Source: Candidatus Moraniibacteriota bacterium
GTDB lineage: Bacteria; Patescibacteriota; Minisyncoccia; Moranbacterales; UBA1568
Direction of reading: 5' to 3'
Assembly: GCA_016699425.1 (NCBI GenBank)
Contig: CP064975.1
Span: 1,149,369 to 1,213,368 of the forward strand
Length of the DNA: 64,000 nucleotides
Part shown: piece after piece, positions 1-8,563 of the stretch
Layout: every line of letters starts with the position of its first letter
Position numbering within the stretch: position 1 is the first letter of the stretch
Translations under genes and position numbers: made by a program
Notes under the pieces: model-generated
Seen by the model: the letters and a program-made list of their open reading frames with translations, nothing else
What the model was told of the DNA's origin: nothing
The model's database searches: none

Positions 1-78
1 TGCTCCAGGACGGTATCCTCAAGGCCAAGCAGGGTGTGACGACCATGTCCGAAGTGATGCGGGCGTCCAAGGAGTAAA
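1..78 (+). CDS. C-terminal fragment of a GspE/PilB-family secretion/pilus ATPase; the window starts inside the gene
   Basis: Frame 3 reads ...LQDGILKAKQGVTTMSEVMRASKE*. This resembles the conserved C-terminal tail of PilB/GspE ATPases and lies directly upstream of pilC. Confidence 0.45.
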
Positions 79-99
79 CGATTTTTTCACCTACGAGCT

Positions 100-1152
100 A
101 TGTTCTTCCGCGTCAGCATGATGCAGAAAATGCTCTTTACCCGAGAGCTGGCACTCTACCTGAAGAGTGCTGTACCCTTGAACGAGGCGCTGGAATCGCT
201 CGGTCAGCACGAGAAGCTGCCGGGGTTCAAAGGGGTCATCGGTCAGCTGCGGAACGACATCGAGAACGGTCAGTCCTTCGCGCATGCCTTGGCGCGCCAC
301 CCGAAGGTTTTTGATAACCTGTATGTGAGTCTGGTTTCAGTTGGTGAAGCATCCGGGACGCTCTCACACAGCCTCGAGCACCTTGCGGATTTCCTCGAGC
401 GCTCGTACGCGCTTCGCAAGAAAGTGGGGAGTATCTTTCTCTACCCGAGCATGATTATCTTCTCGGCCCTCGCGCTCGGTGGATTCATCACGGTGTATAT
501 TCTCCCGCAACTGGTCCGCTTGTTTGGTTCGTTCCATATCGAGCTCCCGCTCGCGACAAAGATTCTCCTTGGGTTTGCGGAGCTCGTGGAGCGACACGGG
601 CTCGTAGTGCTCGGCGGAATTGCCATCTTCGTAATCGGCCTGCGTTTTCTCCTCGCTTTCGGCTGGGCGAAACGTATTGCACACAGGACCGTACTCGCGC
701 TTCCGATCGTGGGGCCGTTTCTTCGTCAGTACTATCTCGCCGCCTTCTTCCATGATATCGGGGTGCTCCTCCGGAGCGGGATGCCAATCGCCGAAGTCTT
801 CCTTGTCGAAGAGAAGGCACATCGCAATGTTGTCTTTTCAGCACTCTCAGCGGACTTGGGACGGGCCTTGCAGAGCGGAAAGGAACTGTGGCAGGAAATC
901 GAGCTCCATCAAAGCAGTCTCTTCCCTCCTCTGGTCGCCAAGATGATCGCGGCCGGCGAGCGGTCAGGAAAGCTCGAGGAGACGTTCTTCTACCTGAGCG
1001 ACTTTTTCGATGCCGAAGTCGACCGGGCGGTGAAGAATTTTACCATTCTGCTCGAGCCGTTCCTGCTTATCGTGATCGGAGCGATCGTCGCATTTCTGGC
1101 GGTCGCTATTCTCGCGCCGATCTATTCGCTCTCGGGCTCCATCCATCGCTAA
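100..1152 (+). CDS. pilC: Type IV pilus / T2SS inner-membrane platform protein (GspF/PilC family)
   Basis: 350-aa ORF with an ATG start. It has the GspF-domain pattern, polytopic TM segments and the operon position after the ATPase. Confidence 0.85.
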   Translation: MFFRVSMMQKMLFTRELALYLKSAVPLNEALESLGQHEKLPGFKGVIGQLRNDIENGQSFAHALARHPKVFDNLYVSLVSVGEASGTLSHSLEHLADFLERSYALRKKVGSIFLYPSMIIFSALALGGFITVYILPQLVRLFGSFHIELPLATKILLGFAELVERHGLVVLGGIAIFVIGLRFLLAFGWAKRIAHRTVLALPIVGPFLRQYYLAAFFHDIGVLLRSGMPIAEVFLVEEKAHRNVVFSALSADLGRALQSGKELWQEIELHQSSLFPPLVAKMIAAGERSGKLEETFFYLSDFFDAEVDRAVKNFTILLEPFLLIVIGAIVAFLAVAILAPIYSLSGSIHR

Positions 1153-1159
1153 GCGTTTT

Positions 1160-1597
1160 ATGCAACTCCAAGGATTCACCCTCATCGAGAGCATTCTCGC
1201 AACGTCAATCATTCTTCTGCTCGGAGGGGCCGTGAGTGCTTTCAACACACAGTTCTTTTCCGCGCGTGATACGGTGGTCGCAATCCACATCCTTCGCGAG
1301 AGTCTGGATCGGGCCCAGGTCTATGCTCGGTCAGGCCGACAAGATTCGGATTGGGGGGTAGTTCAGGTCGGAACTGACATCGTCGTTTTTTCTGGTGCTA
1401 CCTATGCCCTCCGGACGGCCGGGCAGGATGAATTCGTCGGTATACCCGGAGGCATTTCCATGGTCGGCCTTGGCGAGACCGTCTTTGCTCGGTCGACTGG
1501 CCGGCTCCCAGCGGCCAAGATCATTGATATCGACGGAGCAGATCGCACGTTACACCTCTCTATATCAGAAGAGGGTACGGTCAACGAGTATGAGTAA
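1160..1597 (+). CDS. Pseudopilin / minor pilin with a prepilin-type N-terminal cleavage-methylation motif
   Basis: N-terminus MQLQGFTLIESILATSIILLL has the class III signal peptide G|FTLIE followed by a hydrophobic helix. Confidence 0.7.
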   Translation: MQLQGFTLIESILATSIILLLGGAVSAFNTQFFSARDTVVAIHILRESLDRAQVYARSGRQDSDWGVVQVGTDIVVFSGATYALRTAGQDEFVGIPGGISMVGLGETVFARSTGRLPAAKIIDIDGADRTLHLSISEEGTVNEYE

Positions 1598-2054
1598 CCT
1601 CTCCTCACTACCACCGCGCGGATTCTCGATCCTCGAAGTGGTTTTTGCTTCCGCCCTGTTCCTCATCATCGCTTCCGCCCTCGTCATGCTGGTTCTCCAG
1701 GGGCTCGCGGTCGAGACACAAAGTCAGGAGTATCAGTCGGCCGTAGCATACGCCGAGGAAGGTCGGGACGCTGTGCGGATGCTCCGCAAGGCGGGTTTCG
1801 AAATGCTCGGCACGGTGACGGATGGCGGATTCGCGTCCGATGGCTATGGCAGCCTTCGGCTCGATGGTGGGGCCAATGCTTTTGGGATATTTGAGCGGCG
1901 TATGACGATAGCGGATATCTCGCGCTTCGATGGAACCGGTAATGATGGCTCGACGAAACGCGTCACCGTGACGGTGACCTGGCCAGTCGGATCAGAAACA
2001 CCGCGGACAGTCATCCTGACCGATTACCTGGTCTATTGGGAGAACGGATACTAG
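1590..2054 (+). CDS. Pseudopilin / minor pilin (prepilin-like N-terminus)
   Basis: Internal ATG at 1590, in frame within ORF 1395..2054. MSNLSSLPPRGFSILEVVFASALFLII is prepilin-like. The ATGAGTAA overlap with the upstream stop suggests translational coupling. Confidence 0.6.
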   Translation: MSNLSSLPPRGFSILEVVFASALFLIIASALVMLVLQGLAVETQSQEYQSAVAYAEEGRDAVRMLRKAGFEMLGTVTDGGFASDGYGSLRLDGGANAFGIFERRMTIADISRFDGTGNDGSTKRVTVTVTWPVGSETPRTVILTDYLVYWENGY

Positions 2055-2057
2055 CCT

Positions 2058-2558
2058 ATGCGACGAAATCACCATCTCTCCCGCGGGTTTACACTCATCG
2101 AGATACTCTTGTATGTCGCATTGTCGGCGATCGTTTCGCTCGCGATCGTTTCGGCGAGCTGGAATATCATCCGTCTCAGCGAGGAGGGGTTCTGGTATCA
2201 GGCAGCAGCGGCCGATATGTCCCGAGCGACTAAGCGAATCAATGTGCTCATCCGGAACGCTGACAGTATCGAGGTCCCGGCACCTGATCGGCTTGAGCTC
2301 GGGCTACTGGGTACGAGTGCGACGATCGTCATCACGCTCGAATCGGGTCGCATAGTCCTCGATAGCGGCACGCCCGTTCCATTGACCGGGGATGCACTGG
2401 CAGTCACATCGCTTCAGTTCACTTCGGCCTCGCCCGACAATACTGATGCCACGATGGTTTCATATGATATTTCAGGAAACTCAGGATTTCTGGGGAATCT
2501 CTGGTATCTTTCCGTTCACAGCGGAGCGGAAGCGAGAGGTCTCTTCAACCAAGAATAA
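2058..2558 (+). CDS. Pseudopilin / minor pilin (prepilin-type N-terminus)
   Basis: MRRNHHLSRGFTLIEILLYVALSAIVSL has the canonical GFTLIE motif plus a TM helix. Confidence 0.7.
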   Translation: MRRNHHLSRGFTLIEILLYVALSAIVSLAIVSASWNIIRLSEEGFWYQAAAADMSRATKRINVLIRNADSIEVPAPDRLELGLLGTSATIVITLESGRIVLDSGTPVPLTGDALAVTSLQFTSASPDNTDATMVSYDISGNSGFLGNLWYLSVHSGAEARGLFNQE

Positions 2559-2564
2559 TCTTCT

Positions 2565-2942
2565 ATGCACCAAAAACCCGGCTTTATTCTCATCACGACG
2601 ACACTCATCCTGCTCGCTGTTTCAGTGACGCTGGTCGCAGCAACGTTTTCCTTTTCGCTTGGCAGTACAGGGAGGTCGCTTGCTTTGGAGCGAGGGGAGC
2701 AGGCACTCGCCATGACAGAGGGGTGCATGGAGGAAGCGCTGTTCCGGATCCGAGGGAATGCGGACGCGGGCGACGAGACGATCGAACTCGATGGTGTGGC
2801 CTGCGATATCGAGGTGGAGCGTGCGGGTGATGACTATACGGTCGTCGTAGAAGTGGAAAGTAGCGGTCATACGCGGCGCGTGACGGCCGAAGCGAATCGG
2901 GGGGCAAACCAGATGACACTCAGCTCTTGGATAGTTGAATAG
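2565..2942 (+). CDS. PilX-like minor pilin
   Basis: MHQKPGFILITTTLILLAVSV has a prepilin-like hydrophobic N-terminus. 125 aa, located inside the pilin operon. Confidence 0.5.
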   Translation: MHQKPGFILITTTLILLAVSVTLVAATFSFSLGSTGRSLALERGEQALAMTEGCMEEALFRIRGNADAGDETIELDGVACDIEVERAGDDYTVVVEVESSGHTRRVTAEANRGANQMTLSSWIVE

Positions 2943-2962
2943 CGACGGAGTATACTACGGGA

Positions 2963-3793
2963 ATGATATTCTCTCATACTCAAACCGTTTTCTATCCTTC
3001 CTCTGAGAGTGTGCGCGCAGCGACTGGCGATATACGAACCGGTATGATTGGCCGTGAGTCGGAATTTCCATTGGCCGATGATGGACTGCGTGGCGCGCTC
3101 CGGGCAGCGAGCAGCGAGTATACTTCGCCAGCCCGGTTCATCGTACCCGAAGAATACCTGTATCTGACCCAGGTAGAAGTTCCTGCTACCGAAGCGAGCC
3201 GCTCCCAGCTCGTGAAGTTGGTCGATACCGTTTTCCCCGAGACACTCTCTGAGCTCGCCTGGGATTTCGAAGTGATTGCAGAAGCGGATGGGCGTGCGAC
3301 GATTGATGTTTCGGGCGTTACGAAGGATTTCGGCGGCCTGCTCAAGGAGGCACTCGCTAGCTCCCGGGTTCGTTTGGAAGCGGTGATCCCAGAGTCGTAT
3401 GCTCTCGCCCGGGCATTACCCACCGATGATGCCGTACTCTTTGTCCATGAGCGCCGCGGCCTGACGATCGTCTCTATCGCCCGGATGCGGCGTGTCGTTT
3501 CAGCTATCGTCCTGGATCACCGTCCGAGTGAGGCGGAGCTGAGGGACTTCATCGAATTTGGGAAAACACACAAGCAGTGCACGCCGGAAAAACTTATTCT
3601 TTCAGGGATCGAAATCCGTCCAGAAGAATTTTCCTCACTTGGGCTCGACGCTCTCCCACTCGCTCTTCCACTCGATCCGGTCCATGGTGCGCTGCTCCTC
3701 GATCTCTCCTCACGTCGTGATGCTGACCGTCTCGATCTGCCGCTACGCGGATACCGGGAGCCTTGGTATCGGCGACTGTTTCATTTTTTCTAA
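2963..3793 (+). CDS. PilM-like pilus assembly protein (truncated relative to canonical PilM)
   Basis: Segments DFEVI..., EAVIPESYALARAL and AVLFVHERRGLTIVSIARMRRVVSAIVLD resemble the PilM middle and C-terminal regions. The N-terminal actin-like ATPase subdomain is not apparent. Confidence 0.4.
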   Translation: MIFSHTQTVFYPSSESVRAATGDIRTGMIGRESEFPLADDGLRGALRAASSEYTSPARFIVPEEYLYLTQVEVPATEASRSQLVKLVDTVFPETLSELAWDFEVIAEADGRATIDVSGVTKDFGGLLKEALASSRVRLEAVIPESYALARALPTDDAVLFVHERRGLTIVSIARMRRVVSAIVLDHRPSEAELRDFIEFGKTHKQCTPEKLILSGIEIRPEEFSSLGLDALPLALPLDPVHGALLLDLSSRRDADRLDLPLRGYREPWYRRLFHFF

Positions 3794-3806
3794 ATCCGGC
3801 AAGCAT

Positions 3807-4247
3807 ATGCGTTCTCCCAAAGCTTTCACTCTCCCCGAGGTGCTCATCGTCATCGGTATCTTGGCGATCCTCGCCGTGATCGTCATCCTCGCGGTCGATC
3901 CGGTGGCGCGATTCGAAAATGCCCGTGATGCTCGTCGCCTCTCGGATACCCAAGCGATGACGAGTGCGCTCCATCAGTACGTTATCGATCATAAAGGGGT
4001 ATTTCCGGATGGGCTGGATGCGACCGAGCGGCAGATTGGTACCGCCCGATCAGGCTGCGCTCTCACCACCCGGCAGTGTGCGGTGCAAGGTGATCAGGAT
4101 TGTCTGGACCTCACGAGTGCACTGACACCGTATCTCCACGGCATCCCGTCTGATCCAAAGAATGGAAATGATGGACTGACACACTACTCAGTCCGGGTTG
4201 GTCCCGATAACGCCCTCCTCGTCGAGGCTTGTGACTTGTCAGAATGA
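3807..4247 (+). CDS. Type IV pilin (major pilin candidate, paralog 1)
   Basis: Start at ATG 3807 inside ORF 3558..4247. MRSPKAFTLPEVLIVIGILAILAV is a class III signal peptide. Shares the ARDARRLSD...HQYVID...ERQIGTA...ACD framework with the next gene. Confidence 0.75.
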   Translation: MRSPKAFTLPEVLIVIGILAILAVIVILAVDPVARFENARDARRLSDTQAMTSALHQYVIDHKGVFPDGLDATERQIGTARSGCALTTRQCAVQGDQDCLDLTSALTPYLHGIPSDPKNGNDGLTHYSVRVGPDNALLVEACDLSE

Positions 4248-4268
4248 ACGGTAGAGTAAGAAAGAGAT

Positions 4269-4730
4269 ATGAAAACAAAACACGCGTTCACCCTCATTGA
4301 GATTCTCTTGGCCATTGGTATCATTGCTGTCTTGGCGACGGTCGTGGTGGTTTCGCTCGATCCGATTAGCCGCTTTCGTGATGCCCGTGATGCTCGCCGG
4401 CTTTCGGACATTCAGAGTATCCTTTCCGCCGTCCATCAGTATGTGATCGATAACCAGGGCGCGTTTCCGGCTGGCCTCGATACGACGGAGCGCCAGATCG
4501 GCACCGCTTCCTCGGGGTGTACTATCGGTGGGCAATGCGCTGTTGCTGGGGATGGCGATTGTGTCGATGTGTCTACGAGCCTCGAACGCTACCTCAAAGA
4601 TATTCCGTTTGATCCCTCGGCCGGAGAACTGGCCCGCTCGCACTATTCGATTTCGCTCAATCCGAACAATATCGTGACCGTTACGGCTTGCGATTCAGAT
4701 GATGCCTCGATTGCAGCCGTCTCTCGCTGA
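4269..4730 (+). CDS. Type IV pilin (paralog 2)
   Basis: MKTKHAFTLIEILLAIGIIAVLA is a canonical prepilin N-terminus. The protein closely parallels 3807..4247. Confidence 0.8.
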   Translation: MKTKHAFTLIEILLAIGIIAVLATVVVVSLDPISRFRDARDARRLSDIQSILSAVHQYVIDNQGAFPAGLDTTERQIGTASSGCTIGGQCAVAGDGDCVDVSTSLERYLKDIPFDPSAGELARSHYSISLNPNNIVTVTACDSDDASIAAVSR

Positions 4731-4827
4731 GTGAGGGTTGCCTCTCTCTTCATGCATGCCATGTGAGGCATCTGACTGGGAGCGTCTCGAGTCCAGAAGG
4801 AATAATCGATGAATCCCCCTACGCTCT

Positions 4828-5280
4828 ATGGACAAACTGCGCGTGATGCGGACTTCATCAGACTGGTCCAGGCGTGCTACTCGAGTGCTAGCCTGGGCGG
4901 CTGTTGTCGGAGTGTCCATCGTCATTTTCATCGCTGTCAGGTATGTCCTCGATGCCTACTGGAATGCCGAACGGCTGAAGGATGTCCAAGCGATCACGGT
5001 CGCTCTCCGTCAATATGCGGCAGATCACAAGGGCACATATCCAGCCGGACTTGATGCCGATGACAAGCAGCTGGGGAGTTCCTCAACCGGTTGTGAAATC
5101 ACTACCTCGCAGTGTTCAATTTCAATACCAAGTTGTCTCGATCTCACCCGAGAACTTGGGCCATACCTCGCTGAGATTCCTTCCGACCCTGCGAGGTGGG
5201 GCAAGACACGGACGCGGTATGCGGCCACAGTTGACCGGGATGGCGGACTACTCGTGACGGCGTGCGATTACTCGAAGTGA
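4828..5280 (+). CDS. Pilin-domain paralog lacking a canonical prepilin cleavage motif
   Basis: The C-terminal two thirds align with the two preceding pilins (KDVQAITVALRQYAADHKG...GLDADDKQLGSS...TACDYSK). The N-terminus is a plain TM anchor (VLAWAAVVGVSIVIFIAV) with no G|FTLIE motif. Confidence 0.5.
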   Translation: MDKLRVMRTSSDWSRRATRVLAWAAVVGVSIVIFIAVRYVLDAYWNAERLKDVQAITVALRQYAADHKGTYPAGLDADDKQLGSSSTGCEITTSQCSISIPSCLDLTRELGPYLAEIPSDPARWGKTRTRYAATVDRDGGLLVTACDYSK

Positions 5281-5322
5281 ATCATGACCTCTTCGTCGAG
5301 CAGGCGCAGGGGCACACATCGG

Positions 5323-5341
5323 CTGTGATGGTATACTGAAG
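5323..5341 (+). promoter_or_regulatory. Extended -10 promoter motif CTGTGATGGTATACT upstream of the first LytR_C gene
   Basis: TGgTATACT at 5330-5338. The same 14-mer TGTGATGGTATACT recurs upstream of the second LytR_C gene at 23493-23508. Confidence 0.5.
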
Positions 5342-5388
5342 AAAACCCGTCGGGCATGATGTCTTTTCCAGAATAAACACCAACCACT

Positions 5389-6045
5389 ATGAAAACACCC
5401 AAAGAGACAAAGGTGACGCAAGGAACGTCCACTTCAGCAATCCCTTCTTCCGGAGAAGAATTGACTGCGGCACCGGCGAGTGTCCCGGATGTGCCGACCG
5501 TTGGCAAGGCATCCCAGGAGCCGAATGAGGCTTTCCTCGGCAGTCTGCTCTTGTTCTGTCTCGTCCTCTCGCTCATCGCTGCCACCGGCTACTTCGGTTT
5601 TGCTGGGTACCGGTATTTCAAACAGACTCGGGCCGAGCAAGCCATCCCCTCGATCGACTCACTGCCGCGACCCGAGGTACCCGTGGCGATAGCGGAGCCG
5701 AAGGGTGAAGTGAAGCCATCAGAGGCGCCAGCTGCGACGGAGCAGACTTCAACAGTCGACAAGAAGACACTTGTAGTCAAAGTGCTGAATGGTGGATCGG
5801 CCAAGGGCGTAGCGGGGACGTATGCCGAAAAACTGAAGCAAGCGGGATTCGCCAAGACAACCATCGGGAACAGCTTCGGCAGCTATACTGGCCAGACCTT
5901 GTACTATGCCAAGGGGCAGGAAGCGGGATCCAAGGCGCTCAAAGAGGAAATCGTGAAGACCTATCCGGCACTCACGGTCAAGGAGGCTCTGCCTACTGAC
6001 AAAGATGCAGCGGCCGCGACCTTTGTTCTTATCCTCGGCCGCTAG
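5389..6045 (+). CDS. Membrane-anchored LytR_C (LytR/CpsA/Psr C-terminal) domain protein
   Basis: Single TM (LLLFCLVLSLIAATGYFGFAGY). C-terminal VKVLNGGSAKGVAG...GF...TIGNS...GQTLYYAKG matches the LytR_C pattern. Confidence 0.65.
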   Translation: MKTPKETKVTQGTSTSAIPSSGEELTAAPASVPDVPTVGKASQEPNEAFLGSLLLFCLVLSLIAATGYFGFAGYRYFKQTRAEQAIPSIDSLPRPEVPVAIAEPKGEVKPSEAPAATEQTSTVDKKTLVVKVLNGGSAKGVAGTYAEKLKQAGFAKTTIGNSFGSYTGQTLYYAKGQEAGSKALKEEIVKTYPALTVKEALPTDKDAAAATFVLILGR

Positions 6046-6078
6046 TCGCACGCTCCTTCGGAATATTATTTTCTTGCC

Positions 6079-7164
6079 ATGAGTATTTTCCGTCGCTGCC
6101 GAGAGCTTCTCCAGAAGGTGCTGGCGCTTCCCTTGGGGGTGTCGCTTTTGTTTGCGTTTCCGGCGAGCACGAACTTTCAATTGAAGGATTTCGGCTATGG
6201 CGGCGGCGGGGTGGCCAATGGGACCTCGACCAATTACGCCATCGAGGGTATCGCGGGTGAGCAGAACGCGACCGAGCTCAGTGGCACGACCTATGATCTG
6301 GGTCCTGGGCTGCAATTCACCAATCAAGCGAATGTGCCGCCAGCGCCGACCTTTACCAATCCAGCCAATTACTACAATAAACTGCAGCTGACACTGGCGA
6401 CCGGTGGAAATCCGAGCGATACCTTGTTCGCCATCGCCATTAGCACGGACAATTTCACGACAACGAACTATGTCCAGAGTGACAACACGGTGGGAGCTAC
6501 ACTCGGGCTCGAAGACTATCAGACGTATAGTGCTTGGGGTGGGGGATCGGGATTTCTGATTATTGGTCTCACAGCGTCGACGACGTACAAAGTGAAGGTG
6601 AAGGCTTGGCAGGGGAAATTCACCGAGACCGGGTATGGCCCAGAAGCGAGTGCTGCGACCGTCGGTGCCCGGCTGACCTTTGATATCGATGTCTCAGCCT
6701 CAGATACAGACACGGGGCCGCCCTATACGACGGACATCGGCAGTCTCATTGCGGGTACGGTGACCGATAGTCCAGAGAAGATCTGGGTCGATTTCGATAC
6801 AAATGGTGAGAGCGGTGGCCGAGTCTATGTCGTCGCTTCCAATGCCGGCCTTCAGAGCAGTCGGGCGGGCTACACGATCAGCTCGGTGACGGGTAATCTC
6901 ACGAGTCTCCCCGAAGGTTTCGGCGCTCAAGGTTCGAGTGCGACCCAGTCCGCGGGTGGTCCGTTTGCGGTCGCGACCGCCTACAACCTCGCCTCGAACA
7001 ATGTGGCGGTGACCGATACGACGATCCGAGAGATATTCACCTCGTCTGCTCCAGTGACGAGTGCCCGGGGATCGTTTCTCTTGAAGGCCAAATCCTCGGC
7101 GGTGACTCCGGCCGCCTCGGACTACACCGAAACCTTGACAGTTCTCGCTTCGGCAAGTTTCTGA
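6079..7164 (+). CDS. Secreted Thr/Gly-rich surface protein (paralog A) with a conserved C-terminal motif
   Basis: Signal peptide (LALPLGVSLLFAFPAS). Beta-rich low-complexity body. C-terminus ...AASDYTETLTVLASASF parallels the next gene. Confidence 0.5.
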   Translation: MSIFRRCRELLQKVLALPLGVSLLFAFPASTNFQLKDFGYGGGGVANGTSTNYAIEGIAGEQNATELSGTTYDLGPGLQFTNQANVPPAPTFTNPANYYNKLQLTLATGGNPSDTLFAIAISTDNFTTTNYVQSDNTVGATLGLEDYQTYSAWGGGSGFLIIGLTASTTYKVKVKAWQGKFTETGYGPEASAATVGARLTFDIDVSASDTDTGPPYTTDIGSLIAGTVTDSPEKIWVDFDTNGESGGRVYVVASNAGLQSSRAGYTISSVTGNLTSLPEGFGAQGSSATQSAGGPFAVATAYNLASNNVAVTDTTIREIFTSSAPVTSARGSFLLKAKSSAVTPAASDYTETLTVLASASF

Positions 7165-7233
7165 TCGGGTAGCCAAATCTGGATAGTATGTTGTATACTA
7201 TTATAAGTACCGTGTGAATAGGTGAGAGGATTA

Positions 7234-7262
7234 TTGACAGGCCACTTTTTTTCGTGTATACT
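7234..7262 (+). promoter_or_regulatory. Sigma70-type promoter TTGACA-17-TATACT
   Basis: TTGACA at 7234-7239, a 17-nt spacer, then TATACT at 7257-7262. Confidence 0.6.
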
Positions 7263-7277
7263 GGGTACATGAATGAG

Positions 7278-7313
7278 AAACGGGTGGCCATCATGGTATC
7301 CGTTTTCTTTTTT
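7278..7313 (+). terminator. Intrinsic-terminator-like hairpin plus U-tract in the leader of gene 7340 (alternatively the terminator of gene 6079..7164)
   Basis: Stem AAACGG / CCGTTT with a structured loop, followed by TCTTTTTT. Confidence 0.5.
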
Positions 7314-7339
7314 GGGATAGAATAAAATAAACATTCATT

Positions 7340-8401
7340 ATGGTCCGTTTCTCTGCAGTCCAAAAAACATCAATCCTTGAGATTTTCTCGCTGCTTTTGG
7401 TTGTCGTACTTCCATTGTTCCTTCCGACGCACTCGGCACAAGCAGCGGGTTTTCTTCAAACATGGGTGCGGCTTGATCGAATGAAAGCCTCGACCTTTAC
7501 GAGTGGCTTAGTGTGTGCTCAGACTCCGGCAACTGATACGGGCACCGAAGTCGATGTCCAAGTTGTCTTTCCGAGTGACTTTGTTGTTGGTACCACGCTC
7601 ACTGATTGGGCTGTGGCCACAACGGATCTTCCCTCGGGTGCTACGATATGGCCAGGCATTGGTCAAGCAACAGCGGCTAATAACACTACGAAAACAGTCA
7701 CTTTTCCATCAACCGCACTTACCACGAGCACGCTCTATTGCTTCCGGTGGACCAACAGTACAGCGGCCCTGCAAACTGGTTCAAGCGGAGCCAATAAGAC
7801 GGGTACCGTGACGACGCGGGCTACCGGACCGACAGATCTTGATTCCTCGGCATATTCGACGGCCATCGTTTCTGACGATCAGGTTGTCATTACAGCAACT
7901 GTTCCCGCCACGTTTAGTTTCAGTCTTCCCACTAACTCGATTGCGTTTCTATCCAATCTTACGACAACACCCGTTCTAACCAGTACCTCAGTAGCTACTA
8001 TCTCAACCAATGCAGCTTCGGGCTGGGTAGCCTGGGTGAAGAGTGCTAACGCTGCCCTCAGCTCGGTTTCGACTGGGGCATCGATACCAACTGCCGGATC
8101 GATTGATAATGCGGTGACAGATGTTGCTTCGACCAACGGATATTTCCTTGATGTTGCTTTCACAGATAGTGGCACTGGCACCGGGACTGTTACTCAAGCA
8201 GCTAATTATGGTCAGGAATACAATGGTGATGCTACGCATGGTGGGACACTTTCAACCACATTTCAACCAGTGGCTGCGAGTAGCGGTACTACTGACGGAG
8301 ATACGCTAACCTTTACGGCACTTGCAAGAATCTCGGCTATTCAGGCAGCAGCGACGGACTATACTGATACATTGACTATCGTGGCCGCGGGCCGGTTCTA
8401 A
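7340..8401 (+). CDS. Secreted Thr/Ala-rich surface protein (paralog B) with a conserved C-terminal motif
   Basis: Signal peptide ending SAQAAG. C-terminus ...AATDYTDTLTIVAAGRF parallels paralog A (DYT[ED]TLT[VI]xA..F). Confidence 0.5.
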   Translation: MVRFSAVQKTSILEIFSLLLVVVLPLFLPTHSAQAAGFLQTWVRLDRMKASTFTSGLVCAQTPATDTGTEVDVQVVFPSDFVVGTTLTDWAVATTDLPSGATIWPGIGQATAANNTTKTVTFPSTALTTSTLYCFRWTNSTAALQTGSSGANKTGTVTTRATGPTDLDSSAYSTAIVSDDQVVITATVPATFSFSLPTNSIAFLSNLTTTPVLTSTSVATISTNAASGWVAWVKSANAALSSVSTGASIPTAGSIDNAVTDVASTNGYFLDVAFTDSGTGTGTVTQAANYGQEYNGDATHGGTLSTTFQPVAASSGTTDGDTLTFTALARISAIQAAATDYTDTLTIVAAGRF

Positions 8402-8424
8402 AGGCAATTTTCAAAGTAACCACG

Positions 8425-8447
8425 AAATCCCCGTTCTGGGGATTTTT
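8425..8447 (+). terminator. Rho-independent terminator
   Basis: AAATCCCC-GTTCT-GGGGATTT followed by TTGC. Lies 24 nt after the 7340..8401 stop. Confidence 0.6.
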
Positions 8448-8563
8448 GCTTATTCTGGGCTCATTTCACGATTTCCGATATACTGGTAGTGAACCATTTT
8501 ATCTCTCCCCTACGACGCTCACGAAACCGATCCTGAGATATTCTTTCGCCCTGACGCTCGCGT

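Noticed and set aside
3558-3806. 5' extension of pilin ORF 3558..4247, and similar extensions for ORFs 1395, 10525, 11426, 44432, 51222, 53631
   Set aside because: The extensions overlap upstream genes and are Arg-rich out-of-context translations. Internal ATGs give proteins beginning with the expected signal or prepilin peptides.
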